A stretch of DNA of 64,000 nucleotides from Chthoniobacterales bacterium (GTDB lineage Bacteria > Verrucomicrobiota > Verrucomicrobiia > Chthoniobacterales > UBA6821), in contig JBAPTI010000016.1 of the NCBI GenBank assembly GCA_049282095.1, positions 11,295-75,294 of the forward strand, written 5' to 3'. The notes beneath the pieces were generated by a model, which worked only from the letters and a program-made list of their open reading frames with translations, searched no databases and had not been told where the DNA came from. Position numbers and translations under genes: made by a program. Shown here in pieces: positions 55,982 through 64,000 of the stretch. Each line of letters starts with the position of its first letter. The stretch's first letter is position 1.

Positions 55982-56755
55982 ATGAATACTTCACTGAAAC
56001 ACCGCTTTCACCTGACGCTCGTTGCGGCATTGATGTCGCTGCACCTGGGCGCACAGGCCCAAACCGATTCAGCCATGATGATGGAGGCAGGAACTCCTGC
56101 TCCCACTCCTTCCCCCTCTTCTTCTTCCCAACCGTCAGCGGAAGGACAATCCGGCAAGGGACCGGGACAGTATGGCCCGATGGCCCAACTCAGTGAATCC
56201 GAGCGTGCCCAACTTAAAGCGGCCCATGATGCTGCAATCCAGAAGGATCCCTCCTTGGAACAAGCGATGGAGGCTGCCCGTCAAGCCATGGAGAAGGCCC
56301 GCAAGGCGATGAACGATGCCATGATCGCCGTCGATCCCTCAGTCGAGCCGATCTTGGCCAAGATCGCCCCGCCGAAGAGGGGTGGAGGCCCCGGCCCCGG
56401 TCATCCCCCGGGTAATCAGGCGGGGCAGGGCTCTGCAACCAATGCCGTTCGCCCTTGGAAACATGACGGTCCCGGACCAAAAGGAATGGCAAAACTAACC
56501 GAGAGTGAACGCCAGCAACTAAAGGCACTTCACGAGCAGGTGAAGAATGACACCTCGGTCATCGCCGCCCGTGAGGCGAGGAAAGCGGCCACCACGCCCG
56601 AGGCCCGCAAGGAGGCAGAACAGGCAATGCATCAGGCCGTTCGCAACGCCGTGATCGCGGTCGATCCCTCAATTGCACCTGTTCTGGAAAAACTGAAACC
56701 ATCCGGTGCCGGGGCTCCGCCCGCCGGAGAGCAAATGACCCAGCCGAACCCTTGA
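55982..56755 (+). CDS. Secreted helical repeat protein, 2 modules
   Basis: Signal peptide ...LVAALMSLHLGAQAQ. Modules LSESERAQLKAAHDAAIQKDPSLE...IAVDPSVEPILAKI and LTESERQQLKALHEQVKNDTSVI...IAVDPSIAPVLEKL, joined by Gly/Pro-rich linkers. Confidence 0.6.
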   Translation: MNTSLKHRFHLTLVAALMSLHLGAQAQTDSAMMMEAGTPAPTPSPSSSSQPSAEGQSGKGPGQYGPMAQLSESERAQLKAAHDAAIQKDPSLEQAMEAARQAMEKARKAMNDAMIAVDPSVEPILAKIAPPKRGGGPGPGHPPGNQAGQGSATNAVRPWKHDGPGPKGMAKLTESERQQLKALHEQVKNDTSVIAAREARKAATTPEARKEAEQAMHQAVRNAVIAVDPSIAPVLEKLKPSGAGAPPAGEQMTQPNP

Positions 56756-56818
56756 CAAAAAAATATTCGGTGCAATCCTATAACTGTAGTACGTTGGTTC
56801 AATCACCCTAACCCACCT

Positions 56819-57442
56819 ATGAAAAAACAAACACTACTTCCGTTGCTGGCAGCCCTCATCGCCCTCCCCCTCCACGCGCAAGCCGTTAAGGAATCGGATC
56901 TCACTCCCGAAGAGAAGACCTTGTTGAATGCTGTCAGGACAAAGGCCGGCGCAGATGCCTCCGTCAAGCAGGCCACCGAGGTCGTGAGAACAACCAAGAT
57001 CGAGGTGATCTCCAAGGCCGACCCCACGCTTCAGCCTTTCGCAAACAAGATATATAATCCCGTCGCTTTGAATCCTAACGACCTTCCTGCCGACGAGAAG
57101 GCAAAGTGGAATGCAGCTGCTGGCAAACTCGGCAGTGACCTTGCGATCTGGAAGGCCTTGGAGGCCCTGACCGCGATGAGGATCGAGGCCATCGTCAAGA
57201 TTGACCCCAGCTTGGAGCCACTGGCCAAAAAGATTTACATCACCCCATCCATGCCGCTTACTGCCCTTACTCCCGAAGAGAAGACCAAGTGGGATGCAGC
57301 CGTGAAAGCTTCCGGTAGTGATCCTGCGATGAAACAAGCCAATGAGACCCTTAAAACGACCAGAAAAGAGGTGATGCTCAAGATCGATCCGAACGTCAAA
57401 CCGATCTTGGACAAGATCGATCCTCCTGCTCCTGCACAGTAA
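56819..57442 (+). CDS. Secreted helical repeat protein, 3 modules
   Basis: Signal peptide MKKQTLLPLLAALIALPLHAQA. Modules start at LTPEEKTLLNAV, LPADEKAKWNAA and LTPEEKTKWDAA. Each ends in K[AI]DP..[QEK]P[FLI][AL][ND]KI. Confidence 0.6.
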   Translation: MKKQTLLPLLAALIALPLHAQAVKESDLTPEEKTLLNAVRTKAGADASVKQATEVVRTTKIEVISKADPTLQPFANKIYNPVALNPNDLPADEKAKWNAAAGKLGSDLAIWKALEALTAMRIEAIVKIDPSLEPLAKKIYITPSMPLTALTPEEKTKWDAAVKASGSDPAMKQANETLKTTRKEVMLKIDPNVKPILDKIDPPAPAQ

Positions 57443-57466
57443 TATCGGCTCATTTGATTCATTCAA

Positions 57467-57505
57467 AGCGCCATGCTGGAAACGGCATGGCGCTTTTTGT
57501 TTTTT
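57467..57505 (+). terminator. Canonical intrinsic terminator of the secreted-protein cluster
   Basis: AGCGCCATGC-TGGAAACG-GCATGGCGCT forms a perfect 10-bp stem, followed by TTTTGTTTTTT. Confidence 0.88.
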
Positions 57506-57790
57506 AACCCGGAATTTGCATTGGGAATTTCTGAGAACATAGGAGGCCGAGTTAAAAGAGTTAAAAAGGTGAAATGTTACAACGTGGATCCGGGAGAGCC
57601 CTGACTCGGCATTCGAAAGGGGGAAGTCAGGGAAAGTGCCCTCAAATATGCCTTCATGAGTTCCATTCGGCCTCTGACTTCAGCCCTTTGTAACCTTTTA
57701 ACGGTGTAACGCTTTTAACCTTTTAGGGACTCACCATCCGGGTGAACCGCACAAACTGTCAACGCCGCTCTATTGCGCAATCTGGTTTAA
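57504..57790 (+). repeat. ~290-bp dispersed repeat, copy 1 (contains a family-A hairpin)
   Basis: Shares ordered blocks with 59102-59392: TTAACCC[G/A]GAATTTGCATT[G/A]GGAA, GTTAAAAGAGTTA, ACTCACCATCCGGGTGAA, GCTCTATTGC..AATC.GG.TTAA. Internal arms at 57551-57590 and 57687-57725. Confidence 0.85.
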
Positions 57791-57831
57791 GAGGCTTCCT
57801 CCAGAAAGGGCGCGAAGGATGGTAGCCACGA

Positions 57832-58059
57832 TCAACCCTGAGGCTTGATCACGTTCTTGCCGCCGCCGGTCTCCTTGGGAAGCGTGATGGTTTGGACTTT
57901 CTGCTTCGGGATCCCTTTGTGGAGCATCTTGGTGTAGGGTCCCCAGACGCACTGCGGGAAGTAGAGGTCGCGCCTGTTCTCGATCGTGGTGCATCCAGCC
58001 GTGAAGAGCGGGATCAGCAGGATGGCGAGAAGATGGCGTGGGGAGAGCACCTGATTCAT
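57832..58059 (-). CDS. Small lipoprotein (lipobox LFTAGC)
   Basis: 75 aa from ATG 58059: MNQVLSPRHLLAILLIPLFTAGCTTIENRR.... Divergent from lgt. Confidence 0.6.
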   Translation of the reverse strand: MNQVLSPRHLLAILLIPLFTAGCTTIENRRDLYFPQCVWGPYTKMLHKGIPKQKVQTITLPKETGGGKNVIKPQG

Positions 58060-58140
58060 GGGAGCGGAGCATAATCCGAAGGCCTTCCGTGATGTCAAAG
58101 AAATTGCCCCGGCTTCGCTTCTTCGCGAGGATTACCGGCG

Positions 58141-59073
58141 ATGCTTCTGGCCTACTACGTTCATGACCTGAGCCCCTTTCTCGTGCAGTTCGGGGGATTC
58201 GGCCTGCGTTGGTACGGGCTTTCTTATCTGGCGGGGTTCCTTGTCGGGATCCTGCTTTACCGGCAACTGGCCCGGCGCGGTTACTCCGACCTGCGCCCCG
58301 ATCAGGTCGCCGATTTTATCACCATGGGGGCTCTCTTCGGCATCCTGCTCGGAGGGAGGTTGGGATACATGCTCTTTTACGATCCGGAGCGTTTTTTCCA
58401 TGACCCGCTTGTTTTTTTTCGAGTCTGGGAAGGGGGGATGGCCAGTCACGGAGGAATCATCGGCCTCACGATCTTCACGTTCTGGTATGCAAGGAAGCAT
58501 CGGCTCTCCTTCCGCAACCTGGGTGATAACCTCGTCGTGGTTGCTCCGGTCGGACTCTTCTTCGGGCGCTGTGCGAACTTCGTGAACGGAGAACTCTACG
58601 GACGGATCACCGATGTGTTCTGGGCCGTGCAGTTTCCCAAGGAGATCTTTCTCTATACCCCGGATCACCTGGATCGCCTGCTCGCCAAGACCTCCGCCAT
58701 CGATCCCGCGTTCGCCTCTCCGGATGCCGTGATCGCAGGAGTCGCCGCCTCTCCGGCCCTGCGCGACCTGCTCGCCGTGGAAATCTCACCACGTTATCCC
58801 TCGCAGTTGGTGGAGGCGGGGCTGGAGGGGGCTGTTCTCTTCCTTCTGCTCTGGACACTCAGGACGAGGGTGCGGCTTGCCGACGGGGTGCTCTGCGGCA
58901 TCTTCTTCATCGTTTACGCACTCCTGCGCATTTTGGGCGAGTGCTTCCGGGAGCCGGACGCTCCGCTGACAGGGGGGCTCACCCGCGGCCAGTTCCTCTC
59001 CCTCTTCATGATCGTGATCGGTCTGCTCTTCCTTCTCTCCGCCCGCCTCAATCCCCGCGTTCGTCCCGACTAG
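58141..59073 (+). CDS. lgt: Prolipoprotein diacylglyceryl transferase
   Basis: 310 aa, polytopic. FGGFGLRWYGLSYLAGF, WEGGMASHGGIIG, GRCANFVNGELYGR, YPSQLVE are Lgt signatures. Confidence 0.93.
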   Translation: MLLAYYVHDLSPFLVQFGGFGLRWYGLSYLAGFLVGILLYRQLARRGYSDLRPDQVADFITMGALFGILLGGRLGYMLFYDPERFFHDPLVFFRVWEGGMASHGGIIGLTIFTFWYARKHRLSFRNLGDNLVVVAPVGLFFGRCANFVNGELYGRITDVFWAVQFPKEIFLYTPDHLDRLLAKTSAIDPAFASPDAVIAGVAASPALRDLLAVEISPRYPSQLVEAGLEGAVLFLLLWTLRTRVRLADGVLCGIFFIVYALLRILGECFREPDAPLTGGLTRGQFLSLFMIVIGLLFLLSARLNPRVRPD

Positions 59074-59101
59074 AGCGGTACCTTTCAACCCTTCAACGGG
59101 T

Positions 59102-59470
59102 TTAACCCAGAATTTGCATTAGGAACTGGAATCCGAGGAAAAGGAATGGGTTAAAAGAGTTAGAATCGTTAAAAGGTTACAAGGTAGATCCAAGGGTGTT
59201 GCCCAAAAACTCGAATAGATTTCAGAGAGAGTACCGGAAACGGATGCGGGGGGGCGGAGGAATCAAACTACTTGCTTCGATCCTTTGTAACTTTCTAACG
59301 CTTTCACTTTTTTAACTCGGGGCAAGAACTCACCATCCGGGTGAAGCATCCGATTCTGTTAACCCTGCTCTATTGCAAAATCCGGGTTTAACCATCCGAC
59401 GGCTCAAAATCCGGGTAAACCATCCAGACCTTTCGTCGCCTCCCTATCGCATAATCTGGGTTAAAGCCGA
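59102..59470 (+). repeat. ~290-bp dispersed repeat, copy 2, with its terminal ~30-nt motif triplicated
   Basis: Collinear with copy 1 (arms at 59149-59190 and 59279-59317). The terminal motif occurs three times: CTATTGCAAAATCCGGGTTTAACCATCC, CTCAAAATCCGGGTAAACCATCC, CTATCGCATAATCTGGGTTAAAGCC. Confidence 0.8.
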
Positions 59471-59557
59471 AAAGCAAACTGACAGCCCATCAGTTGGCGA
59501 GGCAGGAAGGTTAGGGAAGTGTGGAACCCTTCACTTTTCCGAATCTTCCCTCCGCGC

Positions 59558-60733
59558 TCACCCTTCCGGTTCCTCTTCCGTAACGACCCTGATCTGCAAG
59601 GGCTTTCCGGCGCGCAGGATTTCCATGGTCGCCGGGGAGCCTATCTCTGCTTCGGCGACGCGGTTCCTGAGATCCTTCACATCACGGATGAGGTGTCCGT
59701 TGAAGGAGGTGATGACATCCCCTCCCGAGAGTCCTCCCCGCTCCGCGGGAGAGCCCGCCATCGTGGCGGCCACGAGGGCGCCGCGCGCATCGGCCAGCCC
59801 GAGTTGGCGGGCTAGGCTGGGATTGAGCGGTCTCATCACGACCCCGAGCCAGGGGTGGATGACCCTGCCGCGCTGAACAATGTCGTCGTAGACCCGACGG
59901 GCCACGTTGGAGGGGATGGCGAACCCGATCCCCTCGGATCCGCCGCTGCGGCTGATGATGAAATTATTGATCCCGATCACCTTGCCCCGGATATCGATGA
60001 GGGGGCCGCCGGAGTTGCCGGGATTGATCGTGGTGCTGGTCTGGAAGAATTCATTGGCCGCTTCGCTGGTGGTGCGGCGTCCCTTGGCGCTGATGATTCC
60101 CTGGGTGACGGTTTCCTGGAGGCCGAAGGGATTTCCCACCGCAAAGACCATCTGTCCGACCCTGACCGATTCGGAGTCTCCGAAGGCGATCGGGGCGAGC
60201 CCCGTGGCGTCGACCTTCAGCACCGCGATGTCGGAGCGCTGGTCCGCTCCGGCAATGCGCGCGGGAAGGGCTCGTCCGTCGCTCAGTTGGACGGTGACCT
60301 GGGAGGCGCCGTTGATCACGTGCCAGTTGGTGACGATGTGCCCCTCCGGGGAGACGATCATGCCGGAGCCCATCTTGTTGTTCTGGGCGACACCTCCGCG
60401 CGCCAGGCCGAAGAACTGGCGCACGAGCGCCTCCCGGTCCGGCGCGGTGGTGGTGGTGGTGATGCTGACCACCGAGGGGATGACGTGGTCGACGAGTTCG
60501 GTGAATTCGTTGTCCATGGCCTCGAGTGAGCGCCCGGAAGGGAGAGGAAGGCGTTCGGTGGAGGAGGAGCCGGTGCCCCGCGCGATGGAGGGGGAATATT
60601 GCGGCGAGGAGGGGTGCATCAGCCTCCAGAAGGCGATGCCGCCCACGACCAGCGCAAGGGCCAGTAGAAAAAGAAGGAAGGAGGGGAGGTTTCCCCGCGG
60701 TTTTTTTGGAAGACGATACCGGGTTCTGCTCAT
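59558..60733 (-). CDS. HtrA/DegP-family serine protease with one PDZ domain
   Basis: N-terminal TM. Catalytic triad contexts TNWHVI, SDIAVLKV, GNSGGPL. C-terminal PDZ (GALVAATMAGSPAERGGLSGGDVITSFNG). Confidence 0.9.
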   Translation of the reverse strand: MSRTRYRLPKKPRGNLPSFLLFLLALALVVGGIAFWRLMHPSSPQYSPSIARGTGSSSTERLPLPSGRSLEAMDNEFTELVDHVIPSVVSITTTTTAPDREALVRQFFGLARGGVAQNNKMGSGMIVSPEGHIVTNWHVINGASQVTVQLSDGRALPARIAGADQRSDIAVLKVDATGLAPIAFGDSESVRVGQMVFAVGNPFGLQETVTQGIISAKGRRTTSEAANEFFQTSTTINPGNSGGPLIDIRGKVIGINNFIISRSGGSEGIGFAIPSNVARRVYDDIVQRGRVIHPWLGVVMRPLNPSLARQLGLADARGALVAATMAGSPAERGGLSGGDVITSFNGHLIRDVKDLRNRVAEAEIGSPATMEILRAGKPLQIRVVTEEEPEG

Positions 60734-61431
60734 TGGGCGGGATCGAGGATCAATCCCGACAGGACGGCTTCACGAAGTCCCAGGAGATCGGCGGTTTCAT
60801 TTTTGGGCATCTGCCAGAGGATGACCGCAAGGGTTCCCGTCTTGTCATTCGCCCGGAGCACCTCGGTGACGACCAGCGGTTGATCGGCGGCAACGGGAAA
60901 CTCAAAGCGGAATTCCCGGAAGGGACCCGATTGGGATTCCTTGATCGGGGTCGCCTCCTCACCCGCCTTCTCCTTCGCCTCCTGAGCCATTGCGCGGGCA
61001 TACTCGCTCACCTTCTGACCGGAGTCCTTGGAGCCGTTGCGGTCGATCGTCATGCTCAGTCCGGTGCTCCAGGGATCGTTCTCGCCGGTGATCTTTTCCC
61101 GGGTGGCGAGGAGGACATCACCCTCGAGCAGTTTCCCGGGAAGGAGGGTCCACTCCTTGGGGAGGGAGATCTTTCCATGGATCTCGGGCAGATCGCGCAC
61201 GGTCAGGTTCGGCGCATTTGTCTGCGCGGCGGGAGATGGGTTGGTCTTTGCGACCGTGTTGGTCCCGGCATCGGCACTCGCGGGGGCGCTCACCGTGACG
61301 GAAGGGGGCGGCGCCGGGGGCGGGGTCGTGGAGGGGGAATTGGTTGCGGCCGATCCGGTCATAGGAACGATAGCCGGGAGCAGGGCGGTGATCAGGAAGG
61401 CGGTCAGAGCGGGAGGGGGGAATCCGTTCAT
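60730..61431 (-). CDS. Secreted hypothetical protein (Pro/Ser/Thr-rich linker + globular domain)
   Basis: 233 aa from ATG 61431: MNGFPPPALTAFLITALLPAIVPMTGSA.... ATGA overlaps with the TPR gene stop (61428-61431) and with the htrA start (60730-60733). The longer track ORF upstream is out-of-frame shadow. Confidence 0.6.
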   Translation of the reverse strand: MNGFPPPALTAFLITALLPAIVPMTGSAATNSPSTTPPPAPPPSVTVSAPASADAGTNTVAKTNPSPAAQTNAPNLTVRDLPEIHGKISLPKEWTLLPGKLLEGDVLLATREKITGENDPWSTGLSMTIDRNGSKDSGQKVSEYARAMAQEAKEKAGEEATPIKESQSGPFREFRFEFPVAADQPLVVTEVLRANDKTGTLAVILWQMPKNETADLLGLREAVLSGLILDPAQ

Positions 61432-64000
61432 GGTTTTGGAGTCGCTGAAACTGGAACATGAGCGCCCCGATTGCGCAACTCTTCCAGTGTTTTTTGGGCC
61501 TCGGCCGCATTGCCCGCCTTGCGGTAGGCCTCGGCCGCCCGTGTGAGGGCCTTCCTGGCGAGAACATCGTCGTCGTTGAGAAGTGCCACGGTCATGTAGG
61601 CCTTGGCGGCCGCGGTGTGATCCTGCTTGGCCGCAAGGATGTCGCCGCAGAGTAGGCGCGCCTCGGCGTTGATGGGGCCCTCGGGTTGGAGTAGCATCGC
61701 CTCCTCGGCCATGGTGGTTGCCTCCTGCAGGTTTTTCATGGAGCGCTGGATGTCGGCGGTGACAAGCAGGGCCCGGGCTCGTGAGGCTGGGTCGCGGGCC
61801 ATCTTCAGGCAGGCGGCGGCGGGGCCCTGCGCCTCGCGGAATTTCCCCTGGGCGGTGAGGGAGGTGGCCAGCATTCCCTGAAGCTCGGGATCGGAGGCTC
61901 CCGGCAATCCCTCCTTCACAAGGGGTGCCAGGAAACTCTCCGCTTTGGCGTTCTCTCCGGTCTCGAGCGATTTCTGGCCGAGCCAGCGCCCGATTTCCGG
62001 GGGAATCAGGCCGGGCTTGAGCGCCGCCGCTTCGCGGGCGGCTTCCGCGGCGTTCCCGAGGTAGAAGTTGCAGAGCAGGATGCGCAGTCCCGCCCGTTCG
62101 CCGAATTGCTTGGGATCTCCCGAGCGGGCGAGCGTCAGTTCGGGCAGGGCCTTGGCATGGTCCTTCTCCTCGAGTGCGGTGACGCCGATCCAGTAGTGGG
62201 CCTGGGGGGCCGCCGTACTCTTGGGATAATCGGCGAGGAGTTGGGTGAAGGTGGCGACCATCTCGCTGTTGCGCTGGAGTTGGCCGAGAAGGAGGGCTTT
62301 CTGCTGGAGGGCCAGTTCCCGTTCGGATGACTTCGGGTAACGCTCCGAGAGGAGGGTGAAGTCGGAGAGGGCTCCCTCGAAGTCTTTCTGTTGCTGTTTG
62401 AGGAGAGCCCGCTGGGCCAGGGCCGCAGGGGCCCGCTCCTCGTTGGGATAGGTCTCCAGAAAGCGGGTCAGAGCAGGGATGCCGTTGGCCTGATCGCCAG
62501 CCTGGAGAAGGGCCCACGCCACTTTGTAGAGAATGTCGGGCTTGGCTGATGGAGGGAGTGATTCCGCATTGATGCCATGGTAGAGGATCGCGGCATCCGC
62601 ATACTTGCCTTGGCGGAGCGTCTCCTCGGCCTTGAGAAGCTGTGTGCGGGCACGGTCGCCGGGATCGGATGCCGTCAGCAGGTATTGATCGATCTCGGTG
62701 AGGAGTCCCGGGTTTCTCGCGGCGTGCAAGGCGAGGAGTCGCTGGAAGGGTGCCTGCGCCGCGGCGGCGCTACGGGGATACTCACGAAGGATCACGTCGT
62801 AGGCCTCGAGGGCCTTGGCGTTCTGGCCTTTTTTCCGGAGGGCGTTCGCGCGGAGCAGAAGAATCTCGGGTTTGTTCTCGGAATCGGCGGCAAGGGCGGC
62901 CTCCGAAATCTTCAGCACCGCATCATCTTCGCCGGACTGGGCCGCGAGTCGGAGCGCTCCAAGGGAGGCGACGGCCTTCCATCGCCCGGCATCCTTGGAG
63001 GCGATGACTTTCTCGAAGAGTTTGCGAGCCTCCTGCGGTCGGCCAAGTTCGGCCTGGAGTTGGGCGGCCTTCAAGGCGGTCTCCCCGAAGGTCTCGCCGT
63101 CGCCCGTCGCCGCAAGGATCAGGTTGTCATACCCGAGGGCCTTCTCTTTGTCGCCTGCCTCGAGCGCCTTGGAGGCAAGATGGAGAAGCGTCGGGATCCG
63201 GTAGGGGTTCTCCGCTTGGGTTGGAGTTTTACCGTTGCCGGTTGAGGGAGGCTCCTCCAGCAGTGATTGGAACAGGGGATCCGCTTCGGTTGCGCGGCCG
63301 CTTTTTTCGAGGCAGAGCGCCTGATGGTAGGTGGCGGCAAGACGGATCGCGGGATCAGTCGCATTATTCGCCGTGAGAGCGAAGTTGTCGGCTGCATTGG
63401 GGTAGTTGCCACGGGCTTCGCGGAGTTCCCCCAGGCGGAAGGATGAGGAGGGGGCGAACTGGCCCGAAGGGTATTCCGAGAGCAGGCGAAGGAAGGTGGC
63501 CTCGGCCGCCGGGGCGCTCCCCATCTGACGCTGTGCCTCCCCGAGGCGGTAGAGGGCCTTCTCTCGACCCTCCGCGTTCTTCGGGGCCATGATCAGGAAC
63601 TTCTCATACTCCGGCACCGCCGCCGCCGGCTGTTTGCGGCCGTAGAATCCGTCGGCCACGGCCAGTTGGGAGGCGGCGAGGGTGGCCGGATCCGCGGCCT
63701 GCACCGGCGCGATTCTGATGCTTCCCGCTGCATCGGGGGCGGGTGTGGTGGACGGAAGCGATTTTGCAGGAAGTTGTGCCGAGGGTGACGCCGGAGGTTT
63801 GACGGCTGTCCCTGCAGGGGGGGTGGGGGTGGCGGGAGTGGGGATGGTAGCCGGAGCGAGCTGAGGTGCCGGCTGTGCCTGCGAGGCCACGGGTCGCGGC
63901 GTGGCGACCGAGGAGGCGGCCGGGTAGGGAGTTCCGAAACGCTCCACGGGCAGGGCCTTCATGACCGGCATTGGAGAGGGAGTGGCGGCCGGTGTCACCG
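61428..64000 (-). CDS. Large TPR-repeat protein (N-terminus probably beyond the window end)
   Basis: More than 856 aa. A Pro/Ala/Thr-rich N-terminal region is followed by many ~34-aa Ala/Leu/Tyr/Gly/Pro TPR-like units (e.g. ALYRLGEAQRQMGSAPAAEATFLRLLSEYPSGQFA). The frame is open to the window edge. Confidence 0.75.
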   Translation of the reverse strand, partial: VTPAATPSPMPVMKALPVERFGTPYPAASSVATPRPVASQAQPAPQLAPATIPTPATPTPPAGTAVKPPASPSAQLPAKSLPSTTPAPDAAGSIRIAPVQAADPATLAASQLAVADGFYGRKQPAAAVPEYEKFLIMAPKNAEGREKALYRLGEAQRQMGSAPAAEATFLRLLSEYPSGQFAPSSSFRLGELREARGNYPNAADNFALTANNATDPAIRLAATYHQALCLEKSGRATEADPLFQSLLEEPPSTGNGKTPTQAENPYRIPTLLHLASKALEAGDKEKALGYDNLILAATGDGETFGETALKAAQLQAELGRPQEARKLFEKVIASKDAGRWKAVASLGALRLAAQSGEDDAVLKISEAALAADSENKPEILLLRANALRKKGQNAKALEAYDVILREYPRSAAAAQAPFQRLLALHAARNPGLLTEIDQYLLTASDPGDRARTQLLKAEETLRQGKYADAAILYHGINAESLPPSAKPDILYKVAWALLQAGDQANGIPALTRFLETYPNEERAPAALAQRALLKQQQKDFEGALSDFTLLSERYPKSSERELALQQKALLLGQLQRNSEMVATFTQLLADYPKSTAAPQAHYWIGVTALEEKDHAKALPELTLARSGDPKQFGERAGLRILLCNFYLGNAAEAAREAAALKPGLIPPEIGRWLGQKSLETGENAKAESFLAPLVKEGLPGASDPELQGMLATSLTAQGKFREAQGPAAACLKMARDPASRARALLVTADIQRSMKNLQEATTMAEEAMLLQPEGPINAEARLLCGDILAAKQDHTAAAKAYMTVALLNDDDVLARKALTRAAEAYRKAGNAAEAQKTLEELRNRGAHVPVSATPKP

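Noticed and set aside
61432-62517. N-terminal ~360 aa of the 595-aa track ORF 60730-62517.
   Set aside because: The sequence is Arg/Pro/Gly-rich nonsense overlapping the TPR gene out of frame. A clean signal peptide starts at the ATG at 61431, which forms an ATGA overlap with the TPR stop.

Overview
This is a 64-kb, GC-rich (about 60-65 % by eye) bacterial chromosome segment. The gene content and style suggest a PVC/Verrucomicrobiota-like organism, but that is an unverified guess. Most of the window is tightly packed housekeeping operons, many joined by ATGA/TAATG start-stop overlaps:
- yefM-yoeB toxin-antitoxin pair, cut by the window start
- nuoHIJKLMN
- CE7 esterase and recF
- an MsbA-like ABC exporter coupled to two paralogous GT-B/CgeB-like proteins
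- LacI-type regulator with araBAD, followed by a decayed Na+/solute symporter remnant
- EVE-domain protein, tmk-holB, proB and an envelope cluster ending in a GT9 heptosyltransferase
- thiH-thiS and a U32 peptidase
- PIN-PhoH (PhoH2-like), lysA, ligA, argD, CE4 deacetylase, LysR/yggS
- 2-oxoacid dehydrogenase E1a/E1b/E2
- three tandem secreted repeat proteins, lgt, and a TPR-unknown-HtrA operon

The one clearly accessory locus is a type I restriction-modification operon (31.8-39.1 kb). Its hsdS-hsdR junction carries an AT-richer, translationally coupled two-gene cassette: a DUF3800-like protein plus an unrecognisable 159-aa protein. This is my best candidate for an undescribed, probably anti-phage, module.

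The second notable layer is non-coding. Several families of AT-rich hairpins have arms built from tandem 7-9-nt words. They repeatedly bracket single genes (thiH, thiS, argD, lgt), supply stop codons and C-terminal tails, and include a ~290-bp direct repeat on both sides of lgt. Also present are a 278-bp unit closed by a perfect 16-bp inverted repeat in a 650-bp ORF-free leader of the PIN-PhoH gene, and two orphan intrinsic terminators.

I found no rRNA, intact tRNA, CRISPR array, transposase or integrase. All calls rest on motif recognition and hand inspection. No database search was possible, and start codons are best guesses.
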